Below, in pieces: positions 59,299-64,000 of a stretch of 64,000 nucleotides of DNA (positions are counted from its first letter, which is position 1; each line of letters opens with the position of its first letter). The position numbers and the translations under genes are program-made. This DNA comes from an uncultured Bacilli bacterium (GTDB taxonomy: Bacteria > Bacillota_I > Bacilli_A > RF39 > UBA660). Below the pieces are notes generated by a model that did no database searches, was not told the origin of the DNA, and saw only the letters and a program-made list of their open reading frames with translations. The DNA is taken from NCBI GenBank assembly GCA_947632565.1, contig CANRPT010000002.1, positions 17,120 through 81,119 on the forward strand, in the 5' to 3' direction.

Positions 59299-60828
59299 AT
59301 GGATAGACAAGCATTTAGAAATAGAATGCAATAGTTGAAGTAGTACCGGGAGTAGAATCCCGGTAAAACTTACCTTGATTGGAAAAATTCATTACCAAGT
59401 AATTTATAGGACGAGAGTAATTATAATCTACGTAGAGCTTATGAGCTTGGATATGAACCGGAATGGAATGAAGATGATAAGTCTTATCACCTACCTACTA
59501 GAGATAGTGAAACTGGAGAAATACTTAAGAAGCCATGGCATCCTACATTTCTGATAGGATTACAAGAAGATGCCAAATTAGGTTATTATCCATAGATTAA
59601 AAACGGCACTATGTATACTACTACATGGGAAGGTAATGAGAATCCTATCTATAAGTACGCAGATGGTGGTGAAATACCACCCAATAATAAACCAATAATT
59701 CCTGAATAGCCTCAACTGTATAAAGGTAAATTATATAAAGATAGATACGGTCGTAAGTATACGGAAGATCAGTTGGCTGATTATTATGACAATAGCAGTG
59801 ATGAGATTGATAGATTTACTGGTAAACCGTTCATTAGAGGTTTGAAACCGATGGTAGATATTGAAGATGCTGCAAATGTAACTCCTATTGGTGATGCCAT
59901 ATCTATATATGATACTTACGAAGCTTTAAGAAATAAAGATTGGGGAAATGCAGGATTAGCTGCTTTAGGTCTAGTTCCTTTTATGCCTAGATTTGGGGGA
60001 GTTGCTGTTAAATCTTCTAAGAAAATTAGTAAACCTAAGAGTACTTATATTCCTAAAGTGGATCCTAACTATAAATAGAATGTTATAGATAAGGCTCTAC
60101 ATGAGCAGAAAAGTTATTCAGATATGTCATTAAGCCTGGTTGAAGAGATAAATGATCAACGTAATAGAACATACGATTTAATGCAGGAACCATATGCTAG
60201 AGAAAGAGCAAAAGCTGTGGATCAACAGTATGGTACAGATTATCTGAAGGTATATGATAGCATGTTAGAGAAATATGTTGATATTGATGAGTATTTCCAA
60301 CTTCCAGAACCGAAATATAAGAAGATGGAAAGACCTACTATTGGAGCACAAGTTACTCCTTCAGAAGGAAATACAATATATTTCAATAGAGACATGATCA
60401 AAGTACCAGAAGATATTCCAAATAGTGTAGTGCTTCATGAAATGGGTCACTTGGTAGATGGTGCAACTGGTATGAATAATGAGTTCTTAAGAAAACTTGG
60501 AGATAAGAGCAAATTTGTCCCATTCAATTAGGCTAAAACTATGTATCCTAATATGACCAGAGATATGTATAATAATATATTGCAGGGCACTGAAATCAAG
60601 AGTTACATGAATCAGTTTAGGAATTACTTAGATCAGAAAGGTAAGCTAAATAGAGGAAACTACACAGGTAGCTATAAGAATTTGAAGAAGGAGATAATTG
60701 ATGCTCCTAGAGAAAGCTTTAACAACATTAAAGCAATCTTCAATCTTTATAGAAGCCCTAAGTTATTCAATAAGGACTTTTAGATGATTCCTATAGTAAA
60801 TAATAATGATAATAATACTATAGTATAA
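59299..60828 (+). CDS. Structural-block protein (509 codons) with HExxH (HEMGH) motif; TAG read as sense
   Basis: ATG 59299. Fragments 59773, 60124 and 60541 share the frame. Contains VVLHEMGHLVDG. TAA at 60826-60828. Confidence 0.6.
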
Positions 60829-61067
60829 TGGATAATTCATATCAAATAGACATGGCGCTGATAATGCCAGAATATCCAATTCCTAAGTATAAGGATGGTG
60901 GCATACATATCAAGAAAAAGAATAGAGGTAAGTTTAATTCATTAAAGAAACGTACTGGTAAAAGTACTGAAGAACTTACGCATAGCAAGAACCCATTGAC
61001 TCGTAAGAGAGCTATCTTTGCTTAGAACGCTAAGAAATGGAAACACAAAGGAAGAAAGAAAAAATAA
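60828..61067 (+). CDS. Small basic protein (79 codons), one in-frame TAG
   Basis: ATG overlaps the upstream TAA. The KYKDGG motif echoes KYADGG in the upstream protein. Confidence 0.45.
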
Positions 61068-61085
61068 ATCTAATTATATATAATT

Positions 61086-62264
61086 ATGGAAAAAGAAACA
61101 TTAAACGGTTTTGAAATATTTGAAGATTTCATGCCAGGAGCTAATGTATTTACTAAAACAGAAATCAAGCAACCTGGCGAAGATGCTGAGGTAGATGATA
61201 CTAAGGTAGATGAAGATGCTATAACAGAAGAGTTAACTGACGAAGAACTGGAAGGATTGCGTAATCCTAAAAAGGACAAGAAAGATGATAATTCGACTAA
61301 AGAGGATGAAGAGTAGGACACGCCTATTAAAAAGAAAACCGGAAAGGATAAAGAAGTTGAAGAAGATGATGATTCAACTAGAGAAGACGAAGGAAGTACA
61401 AAGACTGAAGAAACTGATGATGACACTAATGCAGTAAGTGCATTCTTTGGAGTAATGGCAGAAAAAATGGGCTGGGATCTTGATGAAGAAGAGGAAGTTC
61501 CTTCTACTCCTGAGGAGCTCGTTGACTATTTTCAATCAGTAATTGAAGAGAATTCAGTACCTCAATATGCCAGTGAAGAAGTAGAGGCACTGGATAATTT
61601 TGTTAAGAATGGTGGTAATTTAAGAGACTATTTCGAAATTGATGGCGAACTTGATCTTGAAGAAATTAGTATTGAAGAAGATGAAACAAATCAAAAACTT
61701 GTATTGAAAGAATTCTTAAAGGAAAAAGGTTTTAATAGCAAACAAATAGAGAAAAAGTTAACTAAGTACGAGGATGCAGGTTTACTTGAGGATGAAGCTG
61801 AAGATGCCTTGGAAGCCTTGAAAGAGATAAGAGAACAAAAGAAACAACAGCTATTGAAAGATCAAGAAAACCAAGCTAAGGCGGCTCAGAAGCGTCAACA
61901 GGAATACTTTTAGAACGTTGTCAACGAAATAAAAGGCATGGATAATATACGCGGTATTAAGATACCTGAAAAAGATAAAAAGGTATTACTAGAGTATATA
62001 TTTAAACCTGACGCTGACGGTATGACCAGATTTCAAAAAGATTGGTCTAAGAGCGTAAAGAACTTACTTGAGTCTGCTTACTTTACTATGAAGGGAGACA
62101 CGTTGTTAAAAGCTGCTAAAAGTGAAGGTTCTAATAATGCTATTAGTAGATTCAAAAACAGTTTAAGTAAAACAGGAGTAAGTAGGAAGACTAAAAAACA
62201 GGAAATCTCTAATGAAGATACTACTTTATGGAGTTCCTTTGCACGACAATTACGTGTAGATTAA
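61086..62264 (+). CDS. Acidic coiled-coil protein, scaffold-like by position; TAG read as sense
   Basis: Fragments 61086, 61455 and 61938 share the frame. D/E-rich. Lies directly upstream of the capsid gene. Confidence 0.45.
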
Positions 62265-62301
62265 TAATAAAACTAAATAAATAAAAAATTACTAGTATTT
62301 T

Positions 62302-63774
62302 ATGGATAATAATATTCTAAATAACTTAGTACTATACAAAGGTAAATGGTTTTCAGACTTGATTGATACTGCTAAAATTTCAGCAGCTTCACAATAGAAT
62401 CCGTATCAGGTTGCTACCGTATTGTCTTATGTATTTGGTACTAAAGATAATGGTTACAACACTTCTTTAGATATGCTTACTGGTGGTCTTGGTAATGTAA
62501 TGACCATTGATCAGCCCAGTTGGGAGTGGAATGTAATGATTGATGCTGATAGAGCAGTAACAATTAGAGATGCTAAATGGAATGGTGCAGCTATCACAGA
62601 TTCTTCTACAGCTGGTTTGGGTAATACTCCAATCATGTTGTGGTTAGAAGATAATTGGTTCGGACCTACCGCTGTATTGGAATTTGATAACAAGGACTTC
62701 CAAGTACGCGTTGCAGGTGCTCCTTACCAAGATGGTAATCTGTGGGTTTATACCTGTTATATTGCAGACGGCCAGCCTACTTCTTATATTCCTGCTGAAT
62801 ACCTGAAACCTGGTTGCCAAGTGTCACGTCTAGCTTCTGCTGTAGAAGAATATAGTGAAGAAGGTGATATCCTGAACTATAATACTGCATTTAAGATGCG
62901 TAATTATTTAACTACAATTCGTATCAATTATGATATTACTGGTTCAGCTTATTCTACAGTAATGGCTATTGCATTGCAGGATCCTAAGACAGGTAAGAAA
63001 TCTTATCTGTGGGCAGACTACCAAGAATGGGTTGCTATGAGAGAGTGGTATAAGAGATGTGAAAGAATGTTGGTTTACATGAAGAACAATGTAAACAAAG
63101 ATGGTACTTGTAATCTGAAAGGTACTAATGGGCGTCCTGTATTTATGGGTGCTGGTTTGTTGGAACAGATTGCTCCGTCTAACAAACGTTACTATACTAG
63201 ACTTACTGCAGAATTGTTGGAAGACTTCTTATTTGATCTGTCATATAATGTACTTGGTACTAATGAACGTAAGTTTGTTGCATTGACCGGTGAGATGGGT
63301 ATGAGAGAATTTGATAGAATTCTGAAAGAAAAGATGGTTAACATGAATCTTATTGACACAGTATTTGTTACAGGTTCTGGCGATAATCTTACTTTTGGTG
63401 GTCAGTTTAAGACTTACAAAATGACTAATGGTATTGAATTGACTCTGAAGTACTTCCCGTTGTATGATGATGTTACTTATAATCGTCAATTACATCCTGT
63501 TACGTTGAAACCTCTAGAATCATATCGTATGACATTCTTAGATCTTGGTAGACGTGATGGTGAGGCTAACATCGTAAAAGTAGTTCGTAAAGAACGCGAG
63601 TTTGTTACTTGGTATACTGGTGGTGCAGTTGCTCCGTCTGGTTATGCAAACTCTAAGAATACTCTGAGATCTAATGGTAAGGATGGTTATACTGTATTCT
63701 TCCTTGGAGAAATGGGAATAATGTTAAGGGATCCACGTGCGTGTGGAGAATTGATCATGGACGCACAAGACTAA
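62302..63774 (+). CDS. Major capsid protein (490 codons), one in-frame TAG at 62395-62397
   Basis: ATG 62302 extends ORF-track entry 62422-63774 in frame. Size and position after portal and scaffold-like genes fit a crAss-like MCP. Confidence 0.6.
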
Positions 63775-63843
63775 TAAAATTCTTAAACTAATATTGAAAC
63801 CTTATTAATAATATATCGTTACTAATATAAAAAATATTATTAT

Positions 63844-64000
63844 ATGAAAAGTAACGAAGTATATAAGATAACTAATAAGGTAACTAATAAAGTTTATATT
63901 GGTATAACCAATCAAGGTTCTGGTGCGAGATATCGCCATCATTGGTATGAATCTCGCATCGGAGAACCTTCTCCCATTCATCGTTCAATGGCAAAATATG
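63844..64000 (+). mobile_element. GIY-YIG homing endonuclease, 3'-truncated by the window end
   Basis: MKSNEVYKITNKVTNKVYIGITNQGSGARYRHHW... shows the GIY...YIG spacing and conserved Arg. Confidence 0.65.

Noticed and set aside
1-64000. CRISPR arrays, rRNA genes, integrase/att sites, transposases
   Set aside because: I saw no regularly spaced direct repeats, no rRNA-like conserved tracts, and no integrase- or transposase-like ORFs anywhere in the window.

Overview
This window looks like a crAss-like (Crassvirales-type) phage fragment with three transcription blocks. All protein calls rest on motif recognition by eye, because no searches were run.

**Block 1 (1-18818, + strand)** is the 3' end of a structural operon. 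It holds a giant ORF of at least 4,748 codons and a second ORF of 1,519 codons. Both are open only if TAG is read as a sense codon, and they terminate at TAA.

**Block 2 (18887-47193, - strand)** uses the standard code.
- It contains a replication module: PolB, DnaB-like helicase, DnaG-like primase, a RecA-like ATPase, an SSB-like protein, an AAA+ ATPase, a metallophosphatase, a PD-(D/E)XK nuclease and an HNH endonuclease.
- It also contains an early region of small genes and an ECF-type sigma factor.
- This block carries four ORF-free, hairpin-rich islands totalling about 4.2 kb, which look G+C-enriched by eye. The largest is 2.17 kb.
- It also carries several tRNA-like genes with aberrant anticodon arms.

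**Block 3 (47718-64000, + strand)** starts with small genes and a candidate tRNA(CUA) amber suppressor. It continues with an HNH endonuclease, TerL interrupted by a LAGLIDADG intein, portal, zincin-motif proteins, a scaffold-like protein, the major capsid protein and a GIY-YIG endonuclease. TAG is again a sense codon from about 49.2 kb onward.

**Most notable observations**
- TAG recoding is block-specific, and a plausible suppressor tRNA lies inside the recoded block.
- A DUF1064-type nuclease gene in the standard-code block has TAG as its fourth codon.
- The large non-coding islands have no obvious explanation.
- The tRNA-like genes form a family with non-canonical anticodon arms.
- The giant virion protein combines an RNA-polymerase-like motif with several enzyme-like domains.
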